Made by a program: the position numbers and the translations under genes. The notes under the pieces were generated by a model that worked only from the letters and a program-made list of their open reading frames with translations, had not been told where the DNA came from and searched no databases. From an uncultured Nitrososphaeraceae archaeon (GTDB taxonomy: Archaea > Thermoproteota > Nitrososphaeria > Nitrososphaerales > Nitrososphaeraceae), in assembly GCA_963825865.1 (NCBI GenBank), contig CAWGVG010000057.1, positions 47,535 to 111,534 of the forward strand: DNA of 64,000 nucleotides, written 5' to 3'. The stretch's first letter is position 1. Every line of letters starts with the position of its first letter. Below are positions 21,649 to 32,185 of the stretch, piece by piece.

Positions 21649-24093
21649 TTAAGTGTTGGCTTGTTTTTTAGCACGAAAGATTAAGACCTGCGGCATTTGT
21701 CCTTCAATGAAGTTTGTATCCTTCCAATCTTTTGGAAGGTATGTTTTTCCTATATTTCCAAGAGCTATTTGAAACCCAGTATCCAGTATGATTGCTATTA
21801 GTTCCTTAAACATGATACTATTTATTCCTAAATCTGTGAGCAGTTGTAGTGTACCTCCTGCCGTTAATTTCGCGGGTAGGATTGCAAACAAGGATCTAAG
21901 TGATATTTTTTCTTGCATAGTAATAAAGTATACAAAATTCTGTGGTAAAACTATAAGGAAATTATCAATTGATTTGTCTAAGATATGCGGCAGTAGTTTC
22001 CGTATATCTCCCCAGAAAGCTGAGGCATTTGGCGGATCCAAATCAGCAAACTTCGATTTCGCTTGCAATACTTCGATTTGATCTGTTCCAATACCGATAA
22101 AATATTCTGCCCAGTTGTTGGCAGCAATTTGCTGTAGCATCTCGCCTGTACGCATGCCTATTTCAATGTTAACTTTAAGATATAAATTTCTGGTTTTGCT
22201 AATTGTTCTATTAAGCTGAGTTGAAGGGTTGCCTTCGTGGAAGAACTGATAGACCATATTCCATCGTTGCTTAAAGATAACAGGAAAGTGTCGCATATTG
22301 ATTAATTCTTGAAAAAGATCAGTTTCAGCAAAATCTGAAAAGAATGCATCAGTCCTAGAAACTGCTTCGACTTTTGGAAGGTCTAACTCATCATAAAGGT
22401 TGGTAACTCTATCCCAAGCTCTAATGGGGTCAGAACCCATGTATGTTACAGCAAGGTCTGCAATCCATAAAATCTCACTCAATAATTTAATTTTATCAGA
22501 ATCTTGTTTTTGCTTGCCAGGTAGATTCATTAGTTGAGTAAACTTTTCTTGGGCGAGCTTTTGTTTGAAGTATGGAAAATCGGTTCGCCATATTAAAGCT
22601 TCCACAATGATACTTTCTGTGGGTTTCTGGTTCGTCTCTACCTTGACATATTCTGGATGCGTTGTGGCAAATTCTACAGAAGGTAATAATGCGGATTTGT
22701 ATTCTCGAAAATAATTTTCAAATTCAATTCCATCCATAGTAAAATAAGCATCAAGAATTCGTGTTTTGTGTATCCCATTAATAGTACTAGAGACTTTGGG
22801 GCCTTTTGGCTGCCGTGTCCCATTACTGACTTGAAACTTTGGATACATTGTTTGAGCAGGATCATAGTCATGTAAAAGACCGGCTATCAGAATTAGCTCA
22901 TAATCTTTTGAAGTGAAACTATAACCACGAAATTCTTTTGGTAACAATTGTAGACTCAAATAAGTCACCTCAAGACTATGGTGGAAGTTGTGGTACTCAC
23001 TTGAGCCTTCCCCAAGTCCCTGTTTGGTATATGTATTTTTCAGAAAACGTAGAAGCGAGTGGATGTTATCGATTCTATTAGTAGGAATTCCTTTCTGTAT
23101 TGCGACTTCCATTATAGCGGCAATCAATTTGTTTTCCTCTATGTTTGCAAGATTTGTATTTGTATCATCAATGATACGTTTTTTTGCTCCAGGAAAATAC
23201 CTAACAACCTCCTTGTAAATAATTCTAAGGGGCAAACTTTTGTTAATATAAATTCCAAGCGCTGTAGCTTTCCATGGGTATTGGATTCGTGGTTTTTCAC
23301 GCTCAATAATTTCATTTGCAGCAAGCACAAGTTTTTTGTTAAGATCCGCAATTATAGAGCTCAATTCCGGACCGTCAATATTCAATTCCTCCTTTTGTTT
23401 TGCAAATCGAAGACGATCAGTGTTCATTACAATCCATTGTGGGATTTTTACTCTATAGATATAACGCTTCCGTGATTTTCGCCCAGAACTAATTCTTAAA
23501 AGAGGTTCCTTAAAAGTAAGCGCAACGTTCTCCATACCAGATGTGAATGGAAGATCTCGATCCCGCACAACTTGTAACATAATTTCTTTATTACCAGTTT
23601 GAAATCCTAACAATATATGCCAGTATTTTCCTTTATCAAGCCATCCTGGAACTTGAGTCTCCTTATCCCAGAAATCTACTGGACCAAGAGGAGCATACCC
23701 ATTTTCATATTCTTTAGTTTCAGGGTTATAAGAGCTATATTCATAATCACCTATCACTCGGATCATTTTCGAGCTAGATCTCTTGCCTCTTTTACGAGAT
23801 TTGCAGATCGGGTGAATTCACTGATACCCCATTACTCCCCAGATAGTGCCTAGTGCACTGAATAATGTGAATAAATTGGCCCTTATATCAATTTCATTAT
23901 CTGCAAGGTATTTAGGTGCAAGTGGAATTCCAAACCAGCCTGTGGATAAAAGACCCGAAAATGCTAATGTAATAAATAACCATCGCGCAAGATCATTATA
24001 ATAGAGACTAAATGATTTACCATTAACTTTACGGTTTGCGTGCGAAGAATTGTTGTTTTTACAATTATCCTTGATATCAGGTCCAAATTTCAA
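21649..24093 (-). CDS. Membrane-anchored HD-domain phosphohydrolase with C-terminal TrmB-like methyltransferase-fold domain (frameshifts near 23770-23830)
   Basis: ORF 23818-24093 encodes two TM helices and links through ISEFTRSANLVKEARDLARK to ORF 21649-23766. That ORF has YHNFHHSLEV, LLHDYD and IADL, then IEIGxRTG...FIGIG...GDI...GGxLxLLTD. Confidence 0.75.
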
Positions 24094-24887
24094 TGCTTAT
24101 GCCTGCCAGTATAAAATTACCGATTGAAAGAGGATTATATATTACGTGCATTTCAAAGTCTTTTTTAAAGGATATGACATCATTCAATCATGTCCTCGGC
24201 AGCCATCATTAAGATCAGGCTTATCAATAAGTTTTCTCTTATGCGATCTAAACACAGATACCTTTGTTGTGTGTGTAAAATAGGAAGACAATAGTATTCG
24301 ATCATTCTGTTACTAACCATTATTAGTTTGCCATTGGTATATGATGAATCATTTTGTTTTGAATACTAGGGTGTATGTAAAGTATAACAAAAATTTAAGA
24401 GACGCAAAGATGAATATATTCTTTAGCACAAGCACGCAAATTATGGCTGACCTATTTTGTGTAGTAGTAGTATGAGAACGAGGAGATTTGGTAGCCTTTT
24501 GTATCAAAAATATGTCAACTACTCCTCTGGTTTTTTTCAAAATTTGGTCTTTAAGGAGGACCCAACACAAATCCGGGAATAGTATAAATAAGTCAGATGA
24601 ACACATTAGATCACACATCAAAGGGGGCTTTAACAAACATTTCTCTAAATTAGGATTGAATGTTGAATGCCAAAAAATAAAACAGAACAGCACAAAACCT
24701 TGAGAATGAATGATGTATAAGTACAGTATATTAATATATTATATAATGAATAATATAATTTTAGTTGTCTGAATGGAGGGTTTAAGGAATAATAAATTGG
24801 TAGCCATTATTTTGGATAAACTGTTTCATTGCGAAAACTGAGAAAGATGATATTTTGATCACCTTTTAAACTGATAGATGGGTTTAT

Positions 24888-25049
24888 TTATTTTAAATGC
24901 CCTTGCTTCCGTAATTCGGAAATTATCTTCATCAAAGTATCATAATCTATGTCTATTTCATTTAGAATAACAGAATGATCTACTTTTCCATATTTTCTGA
25001 TGAATTTTTCAACTGCTTGCTTCTTCTTCTCGTATCTTCTATCCTGCAT
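24888..25049 (-). CDS. Small winged-helix-like protein
   Basis: MQDRRYEKKKQAVEKFIRKYGKVDHSVILNEIDIDYDTLMKIISELRKQGHLK has an HTH-like pattern. Confidence 0.65.
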   Translation of the reverse strand: MQDRRYEKKKQAVEKFIRKYGKVDHSVILNEIDIDYDTLMKIISELRKQGHLK

Positions 25050-25621
25050 TATTATAGTGGCACATTTAAAGAGGTATATGTTATCTCCCAAACTGGATAT
25101 GTCTTGGTGAGCAACATACAGATCATTAGTATAGAGTACAGCAGTTGTAGAGACAGCGAGTCTATAATAAGATCCCTGCCCTGTAACCTTCATTCTTTAC
25201 CATGATAGACCATAATTTGGTCGGCCATTTTGTCTTCTTTAACATATATTATAACCGTTATCAAAAGATCGTGAAATATTATTTATTATAATGACAATTC
25301 TATTAGGCTATGATAATTGCATGAAATCTGTAATGTTGCACCAGCTTTGATTATTGCCTCGTGAGACGTTATGTTTACCGGGATTTCATGAAACGATAAG
25401 AACGAAAACGAAAAAAATGAAACAAGATTTTCTACATCGCTAAGATCATTTATTGATCCATAAAGGTTAGACAAGATTTCCCATAAGATGTAGTCTTCAT
25501 ATAGAGTATCTGATTCTTACTAGCATAATATTCCTCCTCTCTATCAAACGGTATGTTTCCAAAGAAACACACAAAGAATCGCGTTGTATATCGATGCTTA
25601 AGCTAATTGAATATTATATAA

Positions 25622-25894
25622 CTATGCTCTTTCATTATGTTTTGTGGTAGTAATCAATTCTCTAATTTTATTATATATCTGTAAGAAATGTATGCCCTTT
25701 TCTGTTATTCTGTATGTATGCTCGCCTTCTAGATACTCCATCAAGCCATTTTCTATTATAAACGACAAATATTCTCTTAACTGTGTATAAGATAAAATTG
25801 CTTTGTACATAATCCTTGTCTTGTTAACTCCACCGCTATCATTAACAGTTTCTAAAATTACTGCAATTATTTCGGACCTGCTTCGATATTTCAT
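25622..25894 (-). CDS. Winged helix-turn-helix transcription regulator (archaeal HTH_45-like)
   Basis: MKYRSRxEII...KTRIMYKAxLSYxQLxEYL...YRITEKG. Confidence 0.9.
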   Translation of the reverse strand: MKYRSRSEIIAVILETVNDSGGVNKTRIMYKAILSYTQLREYLSFIIENGLMEYLEGEHTYRITEKGIHFLQIYNKIRELITTTKHNERA

Positions 25895-26251
25895 ATAATT
25901 TGCATAATAATGTACTATCTTTTTATAAAAAAGTATAAAGATATTCTCATAAATAGTTTCATTTAATTGATAATTTGTGTTACCCCAATAATAAGAGGTT
26001 CTATAATTTGGGTATCGATTCTCTGTCAGATGCTATCTGTAAATTATATTGTGTGCTCTACTCCTATAATTTCTCTGCATCCTTAATTTTTTCTATTCAA
26101 CGTAATTGACAGCACAAACATACGAAATGTATGTCATATTTACTTTGTAAATATTGTATTGTATTGGTAGACCTTTTGTTAGTTAGTAGTTATGTATACA
26201 AAGATTACATTAAATCACGAAAACGATAATTTCGTGAGAAATTTACTTAAT

Positions 26252-27297
26252 AGATCTCTTGCGTAATTAGGAGCTATAGTCTAACACCCTACTTGTTTTA
26301 GCCGTCTTCTTAGATTGAAATGCTGTCAGACTGTATAACTCTGAAGTTCAGGAGAACTGGATATTATATCAGATACGTTATTGTACTTCCTTAATCTGTT
26401 TCTAAATTTTATACCCATTATTCCAAACTTTTTGATTCTACATATGGTATGTTCTACTATGATCCTTAGCCTAGAATGATTCTTGTTGTAAGTTCTTTCA
26501 TCACATGAAAGCAATGTACCCTTTTTCTTTTTGATACGAAGTACAGACTTTACAGTGGGAAAGTCCTTTTCAATGCCAAGATAACCAAGATCAACTATGT
26601 TTTCAACTTGTGATGGAGTTATAGAATGATTGTGTTTGTAAATGTCATAATCATGTTTTCTTCCACTTCTGTGACCTGTCTTATGCAGTATCAATCCTTC
26701 ACTGTTTACCATCAATTGTGTCTTGACAGTATGTTTCTTCTTTCTACCTGAATAGTAACTCTTCCTTCTTCTTTTGTTCTTAGGTCTTGGAATTTCTTGT
26801 TCTGTAGAGTCTATGAAAGCCTTGAATCCAGGAAAGTACTCTTCTACTTCATCTATAGTTCTTAATCTCCTAGTACGTTTGTATATCTTCTTTGGCAATG
26901 GAATACACTCCTTGATAAGTGGTTCCATCATTGATATATCTCTACAAACATTGCTTTGATCAAGGTCAAACAGAAATCCTGATAATGTATATGTAATGTA
27001 TAATCTGTAGTATACTAGAAGCATAACGAATCTTTCTTTAACTTTAAGCTTAAATGGTCTACCAGCACCTATATCCCGTATTCTCGTCCTTGATAGAAGA
27101 CGTCTTCTTCGTGCTCTTCGTAGTTATGTTCAATTTCGTTACAAATGGATTCAAATTCAGATACAGTTACTCCGGTAAATGACCTGAATATCAAAGGTTT
27201 CTTACATAATTTGCTATAGGACATCAAAGAGCTTGTCAGATAGATATCCTATGTGAAGAGGAATATAGCTCTAAGCTTCTAATTACACAAGAGATCT
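26252..27297 (-). mobile_element. IS5-family (DDE_Tnp_4 / ISL2-like) insertion sequence with AAT target duplication
   Basis: TIRs AGATCTCTTG(C/T)GTAATTAG(G/A)AGCT at both ends; AAT at 26249-26251 and 27298-27300. Transposase about 27224->26326 (frameshifted) with IDSTEQ, YSGRKKKHTVK, DLGYLG and RIIVEH. Confidence 0.93.
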
Positions 27298-27435
27298 AAT
27301 ACTGTGACATTTATGAAGTGGCTGTCAATGTAAGAAGACTGAGTATAAACGTCAAAGCTGATGCATGCTTTCAACATTACATCTGTTAAGTAAATTTATA
27401 AATTGCATTAAACTATTCCATATTGAATTCATAGG

Positions 27436-28059
27436 ATGAGCGACAGCATTAAAGAAACTGACAATGACGTTATCGAAGTTTATGAAAATGGTGAAGATTC
27501 CCTTGAAGAACCTGCTACTTCCGATACTGCCTCGGAAGAACCTGCTACTTCCAATATTTCTACTATCAATACAACTACACAAAATATCTCTCAACAACAA
27601 GAAACAAAACCTGCTTCTGATTCAAAGTTCTTTGCCATTCGAACGACCGGAGGACAAGAAGATGTGGTTGCAAATATTTTACAAAATAAAATTAATGCAA
27701 AAAAGCTCGGAATTCGTTCAATTCTTGTACTTGAAAACTTTAAAGGATATATAATTGTTGAAGCTCCTGACTCGAACGTCGCCTACGAAGCGTTATTCGG
27801 TATTCGACATGCAAGAGGACAAATTCGTGGAGAACTACCGTTCAAAGATATCGAAGGATATCTTGTGAAAAAGCCAGTGGTGTCCGATCTTAGCGTTGAC
27901 GATACAGTCGAAGTTATTGCTGGTCCATTTAAGGCTATGAAAGCAAAAATTACAAGGGTTGATTATGAAAAACAGGAAGCTACAGTAGTATTGCTTGATT
28001 CACCATATCAAATTCCTGTAACAGTGGATGCAAACTATTTGAAAAAGATAACGCATTAA
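27436..28059 (+). CDS. spt5: Transcription elongation factor Spt5 (NGN + KOW) with an acidic N-terminal extension
   Basis: FAIRTTGGQE, KGYIIVEA, VEVIAGPFK and PVTV motifs. Confidence 0.95.
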   Translation: MSDSIKETDNDVIEVYENGEDSLEEPATSDTASEEPATSNISTINTTTQNISQQQETKPASDSKFFAIRTTGGQEDVVANILQNKINAKKLGIRSILVLENFKGYIIVEAPDSNVAYEALFGIRHARGQIRGELPFKDIEGYLVKKPVVSDLSVDDTVEVIAGPFKAMKAKITRVDYEKQEATVVLLDSPYQIPVTVDANYLKKITH

Positions 28060-28485
28060 TCACTATCTGCAAAAAATAATTCACGTACGGGCAATAATTC
28101 AAAATAAAAGTTAATCTTATGGTTATTGGCAGTCTTTGTAAAAGCTAGAGTTGTAGCCGCAGCTTTTGATATTAAACTGAAAATTACTACAACCTAAATT
28201 ATTTCTAATATTTATAACCGTAGTTATTTTATTGCATTTCAAATAGTGTGTGTGATGCTAATCTTGATAAGTCATATGTCATGCCCAAAAAAGGGAAATT
28301 TACTTTTACTAATTTTTCTTCTTATAGACAATGGTCATTTTGTCGATTGCTAGTCAAGTTATCATTCAGTAGTAACACGTTCCAAACATCGAAAATATCT
28401 ATGTAATGCCAGAATATGACTTCACTGGATAACTTAGAGTATTTCATCAAGGCTGGTTCCAATACTTGTTCTACTATCCAAAATG

Positions 28486-28885
28486 TTTGAGGTGGGGCAT
28501 AATTTGATCACGCAATTTTCAAGGAGTTTTGTTGTAGATTGACTTCCTAACATGTGTTTGATTGCTTTAGAACGCTCTTTGCGTGTCTTGCAATTATTTT
28601 AAATAATGATTTGATAAAGAAGTACTGATAACAAGTAGTATTACCGCTGCTTTCTGACACCTTCTTATTTGTAGGGTGTCTATCTTGAAAACGTCTTTGG
28701 TGTGTTCTATTATCGGCTCTAGAGATATGCTTACCCAAAGAGTAAATTGCCTGTCCTAATTCGGATTCGTAAAATGTATCAACTGTAATCTGTCGCTGGA
28801 TACGTGATTGTATATTTCTGATACTGGACATACTAGCTCAAACCCTTTGTATGTACTCAAACTATGCAGCTTATCTGTCGCCATA
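28486..28885 (-). mobile_element. Degenerate 3' relic of the IS at 138-1321
   Basis: Reverse complement aligns with about 925-1323: FYESELGQAIYS vs FYESKLGQIIYS, AAACACATGTTAG, and right TIR AAATTATGCCCCAC. Confidence 0.88.
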
Positions 28886-28989
28886 ATAAAGGTGCTAAAA
28901 TGGATATATATATAGTAATATGCTCAATCAGAAAAATCTAAAATAGCTATTGAAGAGATTTATATTTCAGATTAAAGATTACTTTGAAC

Positions 28990-29472
28990 ATGGGTGATAA
29001 GAAATCGGTATCTGCTCTGGTTAGTGGTGGCGAAGCCAATGCAGGTCCACCACTGGGACCAGCACTAGGTCCTCTGGGCATAAATGTATTGCAAGTTGTA
29101 AATACGATTAATGATAAAACTAAGGATTTTCCAGGAATGAAGGTTCCTGTAAAAGTTGAAGTTGATCCTGAGACCAAGAAATTCACGGTTGAAGTTGGAA
29201 TTCCTCCAACTACAGCTTTGATTGCCAAAGAGGCAAATATAATTAAAGGTTCAGGTACAGCCGGCATAAACTATGCCGGAAGTATAACTATGGCTAGTGC
29301 TATTAAAATTGCTAAAATGAAGATTGAAAGCTCTTACGCTAAGGATATAAAAGGAGTAGTAAAAGAAGTAATAGGATCCTGTATGAGTGCTGGCGTGAAA
29401 GTTGAAGATAAGCCAGCAAAAGAAGTATACTTAGACATATCAGCGGATAAATATGACGAACTTTTCAAATAA
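28990..29472 (+). CDS. rpl11: 50S ribosomal protein L11
   Basis: GGEANAGPPLGPALGPLG, VPVKVEV and PPTTALI. Confidence 0.97.
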   Translation: MGDKKSVSALVSGGEANAGPPLGPALGPLGINVLQVVNTINDKTKDFPGMKVPVKVEVDPETKKFTVEVGIPPTTALIAKEANIIKGSGTAGINYAGSITMASAIKIAKMKIESSYAKDIKGVVKEVIGSCMSAGVKVEDKPAKEVYLDISADKYDELFK

Positions 29473-29665
29473 TCTTTATCTTCACGAGCACTAATTTACT
29501 CACTGAATCTTTAACGATTTTGTTAAATGTGAGCAAACCATTATATTATTATAATAGCGAATGCAGAAGAACTAAGGATGGATCCAACCATATTTTTGCT
29601 ACTAATGCACAGGAAAGTAATATCCGCCTTTATGCATATGTGAACATGTAGGCTAAAGATAGCAT

Positions 29666-30613
29666 ATGAAGAATGTGACTCTAGAGAGATATAGTAAAAA
29701 TCCTATATTACTTCCACGCGAATCTAATTGGTGGGAATCGAAAGCAGTTTTTAACTGTGCAATATCATACAGTGGAAATAGAATTCATATGCTTTATAGA
29801 GCAATAGGAGAATATGAAAAATATATTTCAAGGATTGGATATGCTTTCAGCACAGATGGTTTTTATTTTAATAGGACAAATGAGATTGCTTTGGCTCCTA
29901 CCGAAAAATATGAAAAATATGGGATCGAAGATCCTAGGTTAGTAGAGATTGATCATCAACTATATATTAGCTACGTTGTACTTTCAACTTACGGAAACCA
30001 AAGGCCCATAGCCTCAACTGCCTTAGCGACAACGACTGATTTTGGTGATTATACAAGACTCGGGATCATAACCACCAAAGGATCAGATAATAAGGATGTT
30101 GTTCTTTTTTCAGAAAAGACAAATCAAAATATATACTTATTTTTACATAGGCCAAGCAGTTGGGTAGGTTCAAAGTTCGGTGTCAGCAGGCCAAGCATTT
30201 GGCTTGGTGAAGGTAGCTCGTTGACAAACTTTGAAAAACATACATTGCTTCTTAAACCAGAACAAGACTGGGAAGCGCTAAAGGTTGGAGCAGGACCGCC
30301 TCCTATAAAAACAAAACATGGTTGGCTTTTGATATATCATGGTGTTGATAAAGATAAATTTTACAGAGCTGGTGCTGCACTTCTTGACTTGAATGAACCT
30401 AGTAAAGTAATTGGGAGGACAAGAACTCCTATTTTAGAACCAAAGGAACCATATGAGAAGAATGGTGACGTTAATAATGTGGTTTTCCCAACAGGTGCGT
30501 GCGTTATTGATGGAAGATTATTTGTTTATTATGGTGCTGCAGATAAAGTGTGTTGTCTTGCGTCTGCAGAGTTGGAAAGTTTGTTGGATTTTATTTTACA
30601 AGATCATCGTTAA
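29666..30613 (+). CDS. GH130-family glycoside hydrolase/phosphorylase (five-bladed beta-propeller)
   Basis: NPIL, VFN, GIEDPR, NKD, HRP, KVGAGPPPI, YHG, NVVFP and YYGAAD motifs. Confidence 0.9.
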   Translation: MKNVTLERYSKNPILLPRESNWWESKAVFNCAISYSGNRIHMLYRAIGEYEKYISRIGYAFSTDGFYFNRTNEIALAPTEKYEKYGIEDPRLVEIDHQLYISYVVLSTYGNQRPIASTALATTTDFGDYTRLGIITTKGSDNKDVVLFSEKTNQNIYLFLHRPSSWVGSKFGVSRPSIWLGEGSSLTNFEKHTLLLKPEQDWEALKVGAGPPPIKTKHGWLLIYHGVDKDKFYRAGAALLDLNEPSKVIGRTRTPILEPKEPYEKNGDVNNVVFPTGACVIDGRLFVYYGAADKVCCLASAELESLLDFILQDHR

Positions 30614-30735
30614 TACCAAACTACTGATATTATTAAACTAAATATAGGTTATTAGCAAGAGTTATAACATATTAGCAGGAAGCTAACATGTTATTCATTT
30701 TATTATTATCATTTGGTTGTAACGAATGATATCAA

Positions 30736-30888
30736 CAATAGTTATACAAAATAAGTCAGCATTAATTTCTTGAAGTCAAATATTTAGATGATATCGTAAT
30801 GCTTGATGACGAAATCTAAATGAACAACACGACAAGAACTCTAGCAACAATAGTTCCTATCTTTACAGCAGGCAGCATTAGTCGTAGA
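30736..30888 (+). repeat. Relic promoter plus signal-peptide module homologous to 63770-63935
   Basis: TAAGTCAGCATTAATTTCTTGAAGTCAAATATTTAGATGATATC and ATGAACAAC...AACTCTAGCA align with the upstream region and start of the gene at 63832 on the minus strand. Confidence 0.8.
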
Positions 30889-31053
30889 TCAATTCTATCC
30901 TATAAGGTAATGGTAAATGGAAGCTGATTGCCAGCATTTTGACTTGCACGAAAAGAATAGATTGCAACCACAGGGGCATTCAATAATCAGTAGTTAAATA
31001 TATGAAATGTAACAAGTTTATAAGCAATCGAGATAGTGGAGGTGTTATATCAA

Positions 31054-31197
31054 ATCGCAAAAGTGACTTGTCCATCTTGTAAAGGATCTGGTAAACTTCC
31101 AGTTACACGAGAACCAAAGGCTGAATCACATGGTGAGGAGACAATTGGCGAATGTCCTGCTTGTCATGGTAAAGGGGAAGCGAACAAGGGAGAATAA
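31054..31197 (+). CDS. Unannotated DnaJ-type zinc-finger microprotein
   Basis: (M)AKVTCPSCKGSGK...GECPACHGKGEANKGE* has two CxxCxGxG motifs. GGAGGTG lies 9 nt before an ATC codon (alternative GTG starts at 31036/31042/31063); TTTATAA at 31017-31023. Confidence 0.7.
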   Translation: MAKVTCPSCKGSGKLPVTREPKAESHGEETIGECPACHGKGEANKGE

Positions 31198-31942
31198 AGC
31201 TTGTTACTAAAGATGGTGCTCTTGTTACATTGGGTCCAGGCTTCCATGCAGTAACAAAAGTCAATCCTGACCCATAGTTTTTTAAAGCCACCTTCGATGG
31301 TAAATGTGAAGATGTAATATCTGCGAGACGAGACCTGTATAATTACAAACATAGCAACACCACAATCTGCATTCCTTATTTTTTATTAATCCCATGATAC
31401 ATCACTATTCATTATCATTAAGATAATCACCAATAGTACTAATTAATAGTAATACATATATAACTGGTCAAATTTTTTATAAGAATCGTTCGTATTTCCT
31501 AAACCCCGTGTACTTTCAAAGGTCCATAATCAATTAATACCGAAAATATTAAACTTACAGATACTTTATACAAATTATTGAAATAAAATATAGGCTGCTC
31601 AGGCTGGAGTTACTCAGCGTGGCAAGGCCCGTTTTATCATCATCATATAGGCAAAAGATCTTGGCTCTGCTAATCCTGTTACCTCCTTCTCTTGACATAG
31701 TTGAAGGGTCTTGCAAATCTCAGAAAGCAGAAAGTAGTATGTGCATGACGTAACAACAAAAACAACATAAAAACGAAACTCACTCCTATTTTTTATTTTA
31801 GGTAATAGGGAAGCAAATAACAAAAGGTATTCAAGCAGAGATGATAACAATGGAAAAACAATAAGGCATGCTTTGAACCCGGTTATACTTTTACAGGTCT
31901 TATTACGTTAAACTTCCATTATGCATGCTATGCCGTCATTTG

Positions 31943-32131
31943 TTAACTCATCTCCTCGTTTTTTAATCGATGTTCGGGAGCATATAACTGATAACATCTT
32001 TTGCAAATCTTTAGGTTGTGACCGAAGTCTGTGTATACTTTCAATTCTGCTTTACGTCCACATAGCCAATAGCATTCATTAGGGTCAGAAGAATAAAAGT
32101 TATTGTTGTTTGTTGGTTGGTCTGTCAACAA
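31943..32131 (-). CDS. Small Cys-rich (zinc-ribbon-like) hypothetical protein
   Basis: CYWLC...CKRC in a 62-aa ORF divergent from dtdA. Confidence 0.5.
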   Translation of the reverse strand: MLTDQPTNNNNFYSSDPNECYWLCGRKAELKVYTDFGHNLKICKRCYQLYAPEHRLKNEEMS

Positions 32132-32185
32132 ATGAAAGGCGGTATACCAATTATTTAATTAATATATACTTTCCAAGGAACAGTA

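Noticed and set aside
24349-25474. ORFs 24349-24693, 24488-24703, 24975-25205 and 25286-25474
   Set aside because: No motifs or convincing composition; probably debris or chance ORFs.
31590-31632. GC-rich stretch GCTGGAGTTACTCAGCGTGGCA resembling a tRNA 5' half
   Set aside because: No anticodon arm, T-loop or matching acceptor strand nearby.
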